Below, piece by piece: positions 17,693 through 26,116 of a stretch of DNA of 64,000 nucleotides; the first letter of the stretch is position 1, and every line of letters starts with the position of its first letter. The DNA is taken from contig CAZSKS010000007.1 in assembly GCA_964607465.1 (NCBI GenBank), positions 15,507 to 79,506 on the forward strand, given 5' to 3'. The notes beneath the pieces are model-generated. The model was given only the letters and a program-made list of their open reading frames with translations, did not search any database and had not been told where the DNA came from. The DNA comes from an uncultured Gemmatimonadota bacterium (GTDB lineage Bacteria; Gemmatimonadota; Gemmatimonadetes; Palauibacterales; Palauibacteraceae). The translations under genes were made by a program, and so were the position numbers.

Positions 17693-19408
17693 TCACAGCC
17701 CGAGCGTGCCCTGGACCACCGTCACGGCGCCGCCCCCGACACGTACTCGCCGTACGTCGGAGGGAGGGCCCTGGACCTCGACGCAGGCCCGCCCGGGACG
17801 CCCCATCCCGTGCCCCTGCTCGGCGACGAAGCACGGCCCGTCGAGCAGGCCGTGCCGCCAGAGATGAGCGGCCATGGCCCCCGTGGCCGAGCCGGTGAAC
17901 GGGTCCTCGAGCGTATCGGGCGGGACCCCGAAGTGACGGGCGTAGGTCGCGGCCTCCTCGGAGATGCCCGGGAGGCAGTAGAGGTGCGGGCTGAAGAAAT
18001 CGCCCTGGCCCCTGAGCCTCCGGTAGGCGTCGATATCCATGCGGGCCCGGCGCAGCGCCTCCAGATCGACCACCCGGACCATGAGCATGGGGGTGCCGGT
18101 GCTCACCGTCTGAACCGGCGGTTCGTCGAGCACGTCGCGAGGGTCCAGACCCAGGGCGTCCGCCACGGGCGCCGGGTCGTAGATCCGACCCCATTCGGGC
18201 GGACGCTGCGTCATGGTGAACCGCAGCTCCTCCCCGTCCGCGGACACGTCGACGTCGACTCCCCCGGCCGGCAGGGCGAGGTGGACCTCCGCGCCGCCCC
18301 GATCCACCTCGACACGGTCCGTGTCGACCAGCGCCCTGACCGTCGCCACCGTGGGATGCCCGGCGAACGGAATCTCCTTCTCGGGCGTGAAGTACCGGGC
18401 CCGGAAGGCGTTTCGATCGGAGGAGTCCCGCCAGACGAACGCGGTCTCCGACAGGTTCGTCTCCCGGGCGAGCGCCTGCATCTCCGTGTCGTCGAGACCC
18501 TCCGCGTCCAGGACGACCGCGCACGGATTCCCTTCCAGCGGCCGACGTGTGAAGGCGTCGACGATCAGGAACGGGTGGGTATCGCCGGGGGAGGGGATCC
18601 GCTCCGACCACGGTTGTTCCGGAGACCTCCACTCGCCGACGGACGCGTCGAAGACGTCGGCGAGGCCGGAGATCCGTCCGTCGGGCCGCCGGAAGTCGAC
18701 GGTGGACGAAGGCTCCGGTTCCTCATCCGCGACGAGGATTCCGGTGAGCCCCGCCCGATGCGCCCCCAGGACGTCGGTGTCCGGCCGGTCGCCGATCACG
18801 ACGGCGCGCTCACCCTCGGGCACGCCCTCCAGCGCCATCTCGAACATCCTAGGCTCCGGCTTGCCCACGATGATCGGTTCGACCCCCGTCGCGGTCTCCA
18901 CGGCGCGAACGATCGCGCCGGCGCCGGGCGCGGGACCGTCGGCCGTCGGAAAGGATCCGTCGGGATTGGTCCCCACGAACGTCGCCCCCCGGTCGATGTG
19001 CCGCACGGCGCGCCGGATGTCCCGATAGGTGGTCCGTTCGTCCGCTCCGACCACGACGGCGTCCGGGTCGCCCTCCGTGAGCCGGAGGCCCTGGGCTCGC
19101 AGCTCGTCCCTCAGTCCATCGCTTCCCACCGCCGACACCGTTGCGATGTCCCTGCGGCTCAGGTAGCGGGCCGTCGCCCAGCCGGACGTGACGATCTCCT
19201 CGGTACCGACCCGGATCCCGAGGTCGCCGAGGTGGCGGGCGATCGTCTCTCGCCGGGGCCGCGGATCGTTGGTCAGGTAGCGGATCTTCTTTCCCATGCG
19301 GCCGAGCCGGTGCAGGGATTCCACGGCGCCCGGCAGGGGCTCTCCCCCGAGGTAGACCACCCCGTCGAGGTCGATCAGGAAGACGTCGAAGCGCTCGGCG
19401 ATCGTCAT
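17693..19408 (-). CDS. Fusion protein: HAD-IIA (NagD-like) phosphatase + PhzF-family isomerase
   Basis: N-terminal half 'FLIDLDGVVYLG...YLTND...GKPEP...IGDRPDTD' shows HAD motifs I-IV. C-terminal half 'FLIVDAFTRRPLEGNPCAVV...LSETAFV' is PhzF-like. Alternative GTG start at 19438. Confidence 0.8.
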   Translation of the reverse strand: MTIAERFDVFLIDLDGVVYLGGEPLPGAVESLHRLGRMGKKIRYLTNDPRPRRETIARHLGDLGIRVGTEEIVTSGWATARYLSRRDIATVSAVGSDGLRDELRAQGLRLTEGDPDAVVVGADERTTYRDIRRAVRHIDRGATFVGTNPDGSFPTADGPAPGAGAIVRAVETATGVEPIIVGKPEPRMFEMALEGVPEGERAVVIGDRPDTDVLGAHRAGLTGILVADEEPEPSSTVDFRRPDGRISGLADVFDASVGEWRSPEQPWSERIPSPGDTHPFLIVDAFTRRPLEGNPCAVVLDAEGLDDTEMQALARETNLSETAFVWRDSSDRNAFRARYFTPEKEIPFAGHPTVATVRALVDTDRVEVDRGGAEVHLALPAGGVDVDVSADGEELRFTMTQRPPEWGRIYDPAPVADALGLDPRDVLDEPPVQTVSTGTPMLMVRVVDLEALRRARMDIDAYRRLRGQGDFFSPHLYCLPGISEEAATYARHFGVPPDTLEDPFTGSATGAMAAHLWRHGLLDGPCFVAEQGHGMGRPGRACVEVQGPPSDVRRVRVGGGAVTVVQGTLGL

Positions 19409-19453
19409 CCGCGCTCCCCCGGTCGGCCCGATCGTCACGACCCGACGATGCCT

Positions 19454-20947
19454 TCAGGCATCGACCGCGGCCACCTTCCGGTCCCTTCGGACCTCCTCCC
19501 CCAGCCGCACGGTCTCCTCGACCAGACGATCGAAGTCCTCCCTCCGGGTCCGGTGATTGGTGTTCGCCACCCGCAGGACGAATCGGCCGTCGAGGACGGT
19601 GCTCGACGGGACGGCGATGCCCCGCTCCTGGAGCCGCATGAGGATCTCCCGGTTCAGGTCGTCCTCCTCCTCGGCGGAGAAGCCCGGCACGGTGTACCGG
19701 AAGCACACGATGCAGAGCGGCACGGGTGCCATGAGCTCGAGGTCGGGATGCTCCCGGACCCGTGAGGCCAGGTACCGGGCCTGCTCGACACATTTCTCGA
19801 CCACGTGTCCGAAGTGGCGGATGCCGTGCTCGCGGATCGACATCCAGACGCTGAGAGCACGGAATCCTCGCGACAGCTGCGGACTCAGGCGATCGGTGCT
19901 CTCGGGTCTCGCCGCCGTGCCCCGGGGCAGGGCGCTCAGGTAGGAGGCTTCCACGGTGAAGGTCGTCCGGTGGGCCTCGCGGTCCCGCACGAGAATGACC
20001 CCGACGTCGTAGGGTGCGGACATCCACTTGTGGGCGTCGAAGGCGAGCGAGTCGGCCCGCTCCATGCCTGCCACGAGGGGCCGGAGGTCCGGCGCCAGCG
20101 CCGCGAGCGCCCCGAACGCACCGTCGACGTGAAGCCACAGGTTCTCTCGCTCCGCCACGTCGGCCAGCGCCCCGAAATCGTCGAAGGCCCCGGTGTCAAC
20201 GGTACCGGCGGATCCTACGAGGATCGCCGGCGAGACGTCGCTCCCTTCCCTCAGGTCCTCCGTCAGCATGTCCTCGAGGACATCGACCCGGATCCGGTGG
20301 TCGTCGTCGACCGGAACCCGTCGGAGCGCGCTCCGCCCCATCCCGAGAATCTGGAGCGACTTCTTCACCGACGAGTGGACCGCTTCAGAAGCGTAGACGC
20401 CGAGCCTCCGCCCCTCGGCGACCAGTCCGTCTCTCGGCACGTCCGCCCTCGCGACCGCGTCCCGGCCCACGGCCAGTCCGATCAGGTTCGCCACGGATCC
20501 ACCGCTCGTGAGGACGCCCCCGGTCTCCTCCGGCATGCCCATGGCCTCACGAAGCCAATCGATGACCTGGGCTTCGACGCGAGCCGACGAGTCGTTGAAC
20601 GGCCCGGTCACGGCGTTGACCCCGGCGGCCAGCAGCTCGGCGATGATGCCGCCCGGCGTACCCTGGCCGGGGACCCATCCCCAGAAGCGAGGATGCGGAT
20701 TCCCCAGCACGTAGGGGTAGACGGTCTCCCGGAACGCGCGAAACGTCGCTTCGATCCCCTCGCCCTCGGCAGGAAGAGGGGCCTGCAGCCGTGCTTCTTC
20801 CTCCGGCGGCATGGGGCGCCATACCGGCTGATCCGCGATCTTCTCCTGGTAGTCGAGCATCAGGTCCAGGGCCTCGTGAGCCACCCGTCGATGGGTCGTC
20901 CAGTCGACGGGATCCAGTGAGACGAAGGTGCTCTCGTCGTCGCTCAT
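19454..20947 (-). CDS. Group II pyridoxal-dependent amino-acid decarboxylase
   Basis: ORF 19454..20992. Start placed at ATG 20947. 'SGGSVANLIGL' and the PLP-lysine context 'SLAFDAHKWMSAPYDVG'. Confidence 0.85.
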   Translation of the reverse strand: MSDDESTFVSLDPVDWTTHRRVAHEALDLMLDYQEKIADQPVWRPMPPEEEARLQAPLPAEGEGIEATFRAFRETVYPYVLGNPHPRFWGWVPGQGTPGGIIAELLAAGVNAVTGPFNDSSARVEAQVIDWLREAMGMPEETGGVLTSGGSVANLIGLAVGRDAVARADVPRDGLVAEGRRLGVYASEAVHSSVKKSLQILGMGRSALRRVPVDDDHRIRVDVLEDMLTEDLREGSDVSPAILVGSAGTVDTGAFDDFGALADVAERENLWLHVDGAFGALAALAPDLRPLVAGMERADSLAFDAHKWMSAPYDVGVILVRDREAHRTTFTVEASYLSALPRGTAARPESTDRLSPQLSRGFRALSVWMSIREHGIRHFGHVVEKCVEQARYLASRVREHPDLELMAPVPLCIVCFRYTVPGFSAEEEDDLNREILMRLQERGIAVPSSTVLDGRFVLRVANTNHRTRREDFDRLVEETVRLGEEVRRDRKVAAVDA

Positions 20948-20981
20948 GGCTATTCTCTTCCGTCCTGCGATGGCCTCCTGT

Positions 20982-21036
20982 GATTGATGCAATCGAGACT
21001 ATAGGGTTGACTCAATCATGTCAATAACATAGATTG
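20982..21036. promoter_or_regulatory. AT-rich divergent control region with GATTG/CAATC repeats (candidate MocR operator)
   Basis: GATTG-ATG-CAATC at 20982-20994. TTGAC-N8-GTCAA at 21007-21024, containing CAATC at 21013-21017. GATTG again at 21032-21036. Confidence 0.35.
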
Positions 21037-21041
21037 TACTT

Positions 21042-22430
21042 ATGACAATGTGGGTTCCTGACCTGACGTCGGCCGACACGAAATCCGAGGCCATCGCGGA
21101 AGCGATCGCCCGGGACGTCGAGCAGGGGACGCTCCGTCCCGGCGACCGGCTCCCGCCTCAGCGCCGGTTGGCCGAGCGGCTCGGGCTGGCCGTCGGTACG
21201 ATTAGCCGGGGGTACGGAGAAGCCGAGGAGCGCGGACTCGTGGTCGGAGAGGTCGGCCGCGGAACCTTCGTCCGCCGTCCGGAGTCGCTGGAACGCTGGA
21301 GCCGGGACACGGGCGGAGGGGACGAGGTCATCGACCTGGGTCTGAACCTCAATGACCTCCTGCCCCGCGAGGAAGAAGCGGGCCTCTTTTCGGAGACCCT
21401 GCGGGCGATCGCCGACGGCCACACGGAGCCGCTCCTGCGGTACCGCCCGGACACCGGGCTGCCGTCGCACCGGTCCGTGGCGGCCCGGTGGATCCGTCGT
21501 ACCGGGCTGGAGGCTTCCCCCGAGAACATCGTCATCACGGCCGGGGCCCAGCACGCCCTGTCGGTGATTCTCTCACACCTTCTGCCCTCCGCTGCCGTCC
21601 TCCTCACGGCCCAGCTCACCTATCCCGGGCTGAAGTCGCTGGCCCAGTCCTACGGGGTGAGGATCAGGGGCGTGGAGATGGACGAGGAGGGGATCACCCC
21701 GGACGCGCTCGAGGAGGCGTGCACCAGGGTGCCCGAGCCGGCAGCCCTGTACCTGGTCCCTACGATCCAGAACCCCCTGGGAGGCACGCTCTCTCCGGCG
21801 AGGCGGGACGCGATCGCCGAGATCGCCGAGCGCCATGACGTGCTCGTCGTCGAGGACGACATCCACGCCCACCTGACCGAGGATCCGCCCCTCCCCCTCG
21901 CGGCGCGCGCGCCCGAGAGGACGCTCTACCTGCAGGGGTTCAGCAAGGTGCTGAACATCGGCCTCCGCACCGGATTCGTCGCCACCCCGACGGCCCTGCT
22001 GGAGAAGCTGCGCGCCGGGGTCCGCTCGTCGCTCTGGATTCCCGCTCCGTTGATGGCGGAGATCACGTCCCGCTGGATCCAGGAGGGGACGGCGGACCGG
22101 ATCATCGAGGAGAAGCGTGCGCGCCTGTCCGAACGTCAGACGTCCGCCCGGGAGATTCTGGACGGATTCGACGTCCTCGGCGATCCGAGGGCGAGCCACC
22201 TCTGGCTGCGCCTGCCGGAGGGATGGCGGAGCGACCAGCTCGTCCAGCAGGCGGCGGATCGCCAGGTGAGGATCACCGGTGCCGGGGCGTTCACCGTCAC
22301 CCGTGACGTGCCGGCCGGCGTCAGGCTCTCCCTCGGTCGGCCGGGCTCGCTCGAGGAGATGGCCGCCGGAGTCGAGACGATTCGGGAGATCCTGGAGGAA
22401 GGTCCTGTTTCCTCGACGACCGTGATCTGA
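21042..22430 (+). CDS. MocR/PdxR-type regulator (GntR wHTH fused to an aminotransferase-fold domain)
   Basis: 462 aa. N-terminal 'LPPQRRLAERLGLAVGTISRGYGEAEERGLV'. Long class-I aminotransferase-like C-terminal domain. Divergent from the decarboxylase gene. Confidence 0.85.
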   Translation: MTMWVPDLTSADTKSEAIAEAIARDVEQGTLRPGDRLPPQRRLAERLGLAVGTISRGYGEAEERGLVVGEVGRGTFVRRPESLERWSRDTGGGDEVIDLGLNLNDLLPREEEAGLFSETLRAIADGHTEPLLRYRPDTGLPSHRSVAARWIRRTGLEASPENIVITAGAQHALSVILSHLLPSAAVLLTAQLTYPGLKSLAQSYGVRIRGVEMDEEGITPDALEEACTRVPEPAALYLVPTIQNPLGGTLSPARRDAIAEIAERHDVLVVEDDIHAHLTEDPPLPLAARAPERTLYLQGFSKVLNIGLRTGFVATPTALLEKLRAGVRSSLWIPAPLMAEITSRWIQEGTADRIIEEKRARLSERQTSAREILDGFDVLGDPRASHLWLRLPEGWRSDQLVQQAADRQVRITGAGAFTVTRDVPAGVRLSLGRPGSLEEMAAGVETIREILEEGPVSSTTVI

Positions 22431-22462
22431 AGCGGCAGGTGATCGAACAAGCCCGCTTTCTT

Positions 22463-22639
22463 GCCGTACGGCGATCCATGCGAAGGCGAGGAAGACGTCG
22501 CACCGACCGTGGACGATCGGCCGACTGGCACGTCTCACCGGATGGACAGGGGATGGACAGGGCGCCGAAGGGAGCAGGGAACGGCGCCGGGAAAAGTGGG
22601 CCGGGCTGGATTTGAACCAGCGGCCTCACGCTTATCAGG
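22463..22639 (-). repeat. Direct repeat copy A: 134-bp arm + 3' 43 nt of tRNA-Ile (distal att-like site)
   Basis: Base-for-base identical to 37031-37207 (offset 14568). The tRNA part is 22597-22639. It lacks the tRNA 5' half. Confidence 0.9.
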
Positions 22640-22932
22640 AACGTGACGGCCCCGGGAATCCTGCATCCTGCAGCACATCCACCGATCGAGCGTGCGATCT
22701 GCCGCGGATTCCCGCCCTGGGGCTGCAGCCTGCAGACGGGCGCTGACAGTACTTGACGGTATTCCCCGGCTCCGTCGTTCGGGCCCAGGTTCGCACTCCC
22801 AGGCGACCGGAACCTCGGTTCGATGTCGGAATCCGAATTTGTTGGGGGGCGCGCGAGCGATCAGGATTACGGTTGACGGGCAAGCGCCGGACCTCATTCC
22901 CATGGCCGCTCATTGCCGCCGGATACTGCACC

Positions 22933-24672
22933 CTACGGCTGACCTGCTTCCTGATGGACGCCTCCGCGCCTGAGGGCCCGGCCCGGAAAGGCGCCGGTAT
23001 GCTCTCCGTCGCGTAGCACCTGTTCCCCGTTCACGAACACATGCTTCACGCCACTGGCGTACTGGTGCGGCTCAGCGTACGTGGCGTGGTCCTGAATCGT
23101 GCCAGAATCGAACACGACGATGTCGGCGAAGCGACCGGGTTGGATGCGTCCGCGATCGGTCAGCTTGAACTGATCCGCAGGCAACGAAGTCATGCGACGG
23201 ATGGCCTCCGGCAGCGACAGAACGCCTTCAACGCGGACGAACTGACCGAGAACGCGAGCGAACGTCCCATAGCCGCGAGGATGGACTCGGGACTCCAGGA
23301 ACCGACCTTCGGCCGCCACCGACGGTTCGTCGGATCCGAAGAACACCCACGGTTGCTCCAGCTTCTTTCGGACGTTTTTCTCGGACATCAGGAAGAAGAC
23401 GGTCTGGACCGGGCTTCTGTCTTCACGGACCAGATCGAGGATCGTGGTTTGGGGGTCCGTGCCCCGCTCTCCCGCGACGTCAGCCAGCGTCCGCCCCTGG
23501 AGCCCCTTCAGCCGCTCCGTGCGGAAGTCGACGAGGAGCACGTCGTCGGGAGTGCCCGACAGCTGGCAGTAGTTCTCCCATTCGTCCTGCTGGCGGCGCA
23601 TATCCGCGATCATTCGACGGCGGGCCTCGGGATCATCGAGCCGTCGATACAGGGAGTCCGGCCCTCCCTCGTGGGCCCAGGGAGGGATACATGCCGACAG
23701 GCCGGTGGAACCCGCCCGGTAGGGATACATCGTGGCTGTCAGGTCCATGCCCCGAGACCTGTGGCTCTCTACCAATGACAGAACGGAGTCCAGCTTCGGC
23801 CAGTTCTGGATTCCAGCTGCCTTGAGATGGTAGATCGTGGCCCCGGCACCCGTTCTGTCCGCAATCTCGAGGAGCTCTCTCACGGCGGGAATCAGGTCGG
23901 CACCCTCGCTCCGAACATGAGAGATATACCGCCCTCCAAGTCTGGCGGCCGACCGCGCCAGGGCGGTTAGCTCACGAGTCGTAGCATAGCTGGCCGGGGC
24001 GTATGCGAGGCGACTTCCGACCCCCAGAGCTCCCGCCTCCATGGCATCTTGCACCAGCTCCCGCATCCGGTCGAGCTCGTCGTCCGTCGGGCGCCGGTCC
24101 TCGTCACCCAGCACATGCTGTCGGATCGTGGTGGCCCCGACGAAGGAGGCAACGTTGGGCGTCACCCCTCGTTCCTCCAGGTGCTCCAGATGCCCCCTCA
24201 GGGTCGTCCAGTCGATGTTGTAGCCCGGAGGCGGATAGTCCCGGTCGGCAGAGGTCTCCAATCGCCGCCGGAGCTCCTCGTTCAAGGGCCCCATCGTAAT
24301 GCCCTCGCCGAACACCTCGGTGGTCACGCCTTGCTTCAGGTCGCTCATCGAGCGACCGTCACGCAACAGGCTGCCTGTCGCCCAGCTGTGAGCGTTGATG
24401 AATCCGGGAGCGACGGCCAGGCCGGAGACGTCGAGGCTCAATGTCCCCCGCGATGGATCGATGTCGCCGACGGCCGCAATCCGATCGCCGTCGATCGCGA
24501 CGTCGACGATCCGCCCCTCGGCCCCCGTCCCGTCGAACACCGTACCTCCGTACAGCACCACATCGAAGACATGATCGCCCTGTGGCTCGCCCGCGCAGCC
24601 GGCGGCAAGCATCGTGGCGAGGAGAAGAGGGACCAAGGGCAACCGTCGGCTGGCGCCGGATCTCACGATCAT
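22933..24672 (-). CDS. N-acyl-D-amino-acid deacylase (D-aminoacylase) family amidohydrolase, lipoprotein
   Basis: 579 aa. Lipobox 'LLLATMLAAGC'. N-terminus 'DVVLYGGTVFDGTG...IAAVGD...APGFINAHSW' is typical of the family. Confidence 0.8.
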   Translation of the reverse strand: MIVRSGASRRLPLVPLLLATMLAAGCAGEPQGDHVFDVVLYGGTVFDGTGAEGRIVDVAIDGDRIAAVGDIDPSRGTLSLDVSGLAVAPGFINAHSWATGSLLRDGRSMSDLKQGVTTEVFGEGITMGPLNEELRRRLETSADRDYPPPGYNIDWTTLRGHLEHLEERGVTPNVASFVGATTIRQHVLGDEDRRPTDDELDRMRELVQDAMEAGALGVGSRLAYAPASYATTRELTALARSAARLGGRYISHVRSEGADLIPAVRELLEIADRTGAGATIYHLKAAGIQNWPKLDSVLSLVESHRSRGMDLTATMYPYRAGSTGLSACIPPWAHEGGPDSLYRRLDDPEARRRMIADMRRQQDEWENYCQLSGTPDDVLLVDFRTERLKGLQGRTLADVAGERGTDPQTTILDLVREDRSPVQTVFFLMSEKNVRKKLEQPWVFFGSDEPSVAAEGRFLESRVHPRGYGTFARVLGQFVRVEGVLSLPEAIRRMTSLPADQFKLTDRGRIQPGRFADIVVFDSGTIQDHATYAEPHQYASGVKHVFVNGEQVLRDGEHTGAFPGRALRRGGVHQEAGQP

Positions 24673-25031
24673 CAGGGAGAGCGGTCGTCGGGATCGTGAG
24701 GACGAAGCGGCATGTCATGGGCCTCGCTCAACGTCGACGTCTTCGTTTTCGGACCAGGGAGCGGGCCGAAGCGTCGACTCGATCGGGAAGCGCGATGACC
24801 AAAACCCCTTCTTCGGTGTCCCTGCGGACCAGTGTCACGGAGGATGGTGGCTTCGAATGGGTCGACTGCAGCCGCCACGAGGACCCGATGCGCTCTTCGA
24901 CCCGCAGGAGCGATCTGGCTGAAGCCAACGAATACCCCGACATGGTCATCGCCCTCGCGATCGGGGAAATTGCCCTGGCGACTCTTCTGGCGAGGAATGA
25001 AGTGCGTGGTCTCGCAGCGGAGAGCCGTCAC
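24672..25031 (-). CDS. Hypothetical 119-codon ORF bridging the operon gap (doubtful)
   Basis: The GTG start overlaps the upstream stop (GTGA). Its TGA overlaps the downstream ATG (TGATG). The product has no recognisable motif and is Arg/Pro-rich. Confidence 0.25.
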   Translation of the reverse strand: MTALRCETTHFIPRQKSRQGNFPDREGDDHVGVFVGFSQIAPAGRRAHRVLVAAAVDPFEATILRDTGPQGHRRRGFGHRASRSSRRFGPLPGPKTKTSTLSEAHDMPLRPHDPDDRSP

Positions 25032-26116
25032 GTTGCGGGCCGGGCTCCCCAGGCTGCGCCGAGAACTCTCTGAACGTTGCCCCCGAGAATCCCCCGCACT
25101 TCGGTGGCGCTGTACCCTCCTGCGTCAAGTAGCTGGGCCAGCCGTTCGAACGTGGGCCCTCGTCCCGTGAGCGGCTCCGGATAGTCGTAGGGCGCACGCG
25201 GCAGCGGATCCGTCTCGAACCGGATCAGGCGCCTGTCGTCGAAGTCGAGGCCGATCCCCACATGCTGAGGGCCAATGCGACCGGCGACATGGTCGACATG
25301 GCGAAGGAGGTCCTCCGACGACGGACGCTGATCGCTCAAGAAGGCTGGAAACGCCGTGACGCAGACGACCCCCCCGGTCTCGCCACAGGCATCGATCTGT
25401 TGATCCGTGAGGTTGCGCGGGTGGTCGTGAACCGCCGAAGCGTTGGAGTGAGTGAAAATGACGGGATGCCGCGACACCGCCATCGCCTCGAGGCTGCTAC
25501 GGCGTCCCACCCGCGACAGGTCGAGGAGGACACCAGCTTCGTTTAGAGACTCCACTGCCATCCGACCGAGCTCCGTCAGCGGCAGGTCACTGGCCTCGAA
25601 ACAACCGTCCCCGTTCCAGTTCTTCCAGGCGTGCGTCAAGGCGATGACGCCGACCCCGGCCGCCCCGAACGTTCGTACGAGATCAAGAGCCTCGACGATC
25701 ATCTCCATGCCCTGAAAGGTCGGGACAACTCCGACGCTTTCTCCGTCCCCGACAAGATCGAGGTCCCCTGGCTCCTTCAGCCAGAGCACGTCCTCGCGTC
25801 CCACCAGCAGCTCACGAAGCCGCAGCAGATTCCGCACGGTCGCCTCGAATCCGTCGATTTCCGCCACCGGCACGAACGCGACGTCCACCCCGCTCCCGAC
25901 GAGCGCGTCGAGGCTCCGGCCCGCCGTCTCCATTCCGCGCGCGGGCGAGGCAAGGGGCACCGCCGTGTTGATCCGAAGCGGTCCGGACACCCCTGAGTCG
26001 CCAACATCTGGATCACGCTGCTCGGCGGTCTCCCACATCGGGCCCAGCAGTCCGCCGGTCGCGAGACCCGTCAGCTGGAGGAACGTGCGGCGAGACAGTC
26101 CGGAAGGCAGGCTCAC
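25028..26116 (-). CDS. M19 (renal dipeptidase)-like protein with a Tat signal
   Basis: ORF 25028..26263. Start placed at GTG 26116 (GTGA overlap). Twin-arginine 'SRRTFLQLTGLATGG'. 'VIFTHSNASAVHDHPRNLTDQQI' and 'GIGLDFDD' are M19-like. Confidence 0.7.
   Translation of the reverse strand: MSLPSGLSRRTFLQLTGLATGGLLGPMWETAEQRDPDVGDSGVSGPLRINTAVPLASPARGMETAGRSLDALVGSGVDVAFVPVAEIDGFEATVRNLLRLRELLVGREDVLWLKEPGDLDLVGDGESVGVVPTFQGMEMIVEALDLVRTFGAAGVGVIALTHAWKNWNGDGCFEASDLPLTELGRMAVESLNEAGVLLDLSRVGRRSSLEAMAVSRHPVIFTHSNASAVHDHPRNLTDQQIDACGETGGVVCVTAFPAFLSDQRPSSEDLLRHVDHVAGRIGPQHVGIGLDFDDRRLIRFETDPLPRAPYDYPEPLTGRGPTFERLAQLLDAGGYSATEVRGILGGNVQRVLGAAWGARPAT

Larger units (their letters stand above)
15404..22639. 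mobile_element. Putative older tRNA-Ile-associated genomic island (island 1), no integrase seen
   Basis: Bounded by the decayed tRNA-Ile fragment copy (15404-15478) and repeat copy A (22463-22639). Looks lower in GC than the left flank by eye. Cargo is accessory-type genes. Confidence 0.5.

Noticed and set aside
22136-22629. Duplicated ORF translations ('MPVGRSSTVGATSSSPSHGSPYG...', 'MRPLVQIQPGPLFPAPFPAPFG...') at 22136-22629 and 36890-37197, plus ORF 36722..37183.
   Set aside because: They are identical only because they read through the 177-bp DNA repeat and the tRNA. They are not paralogous genes.
22640-22932. I searched the island edges (22640-22932 and 36713-37030) and the rest of both islands for an integrase, excisionase, transposase or relaxase remnant.
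   Set aside because: No ORF translation in any frame shows recombinase-like motifs. 'IDRPDVAFDDEVRTVLRDRS' in 36722..37183 might be a gene fragment, but I cannot assign it.
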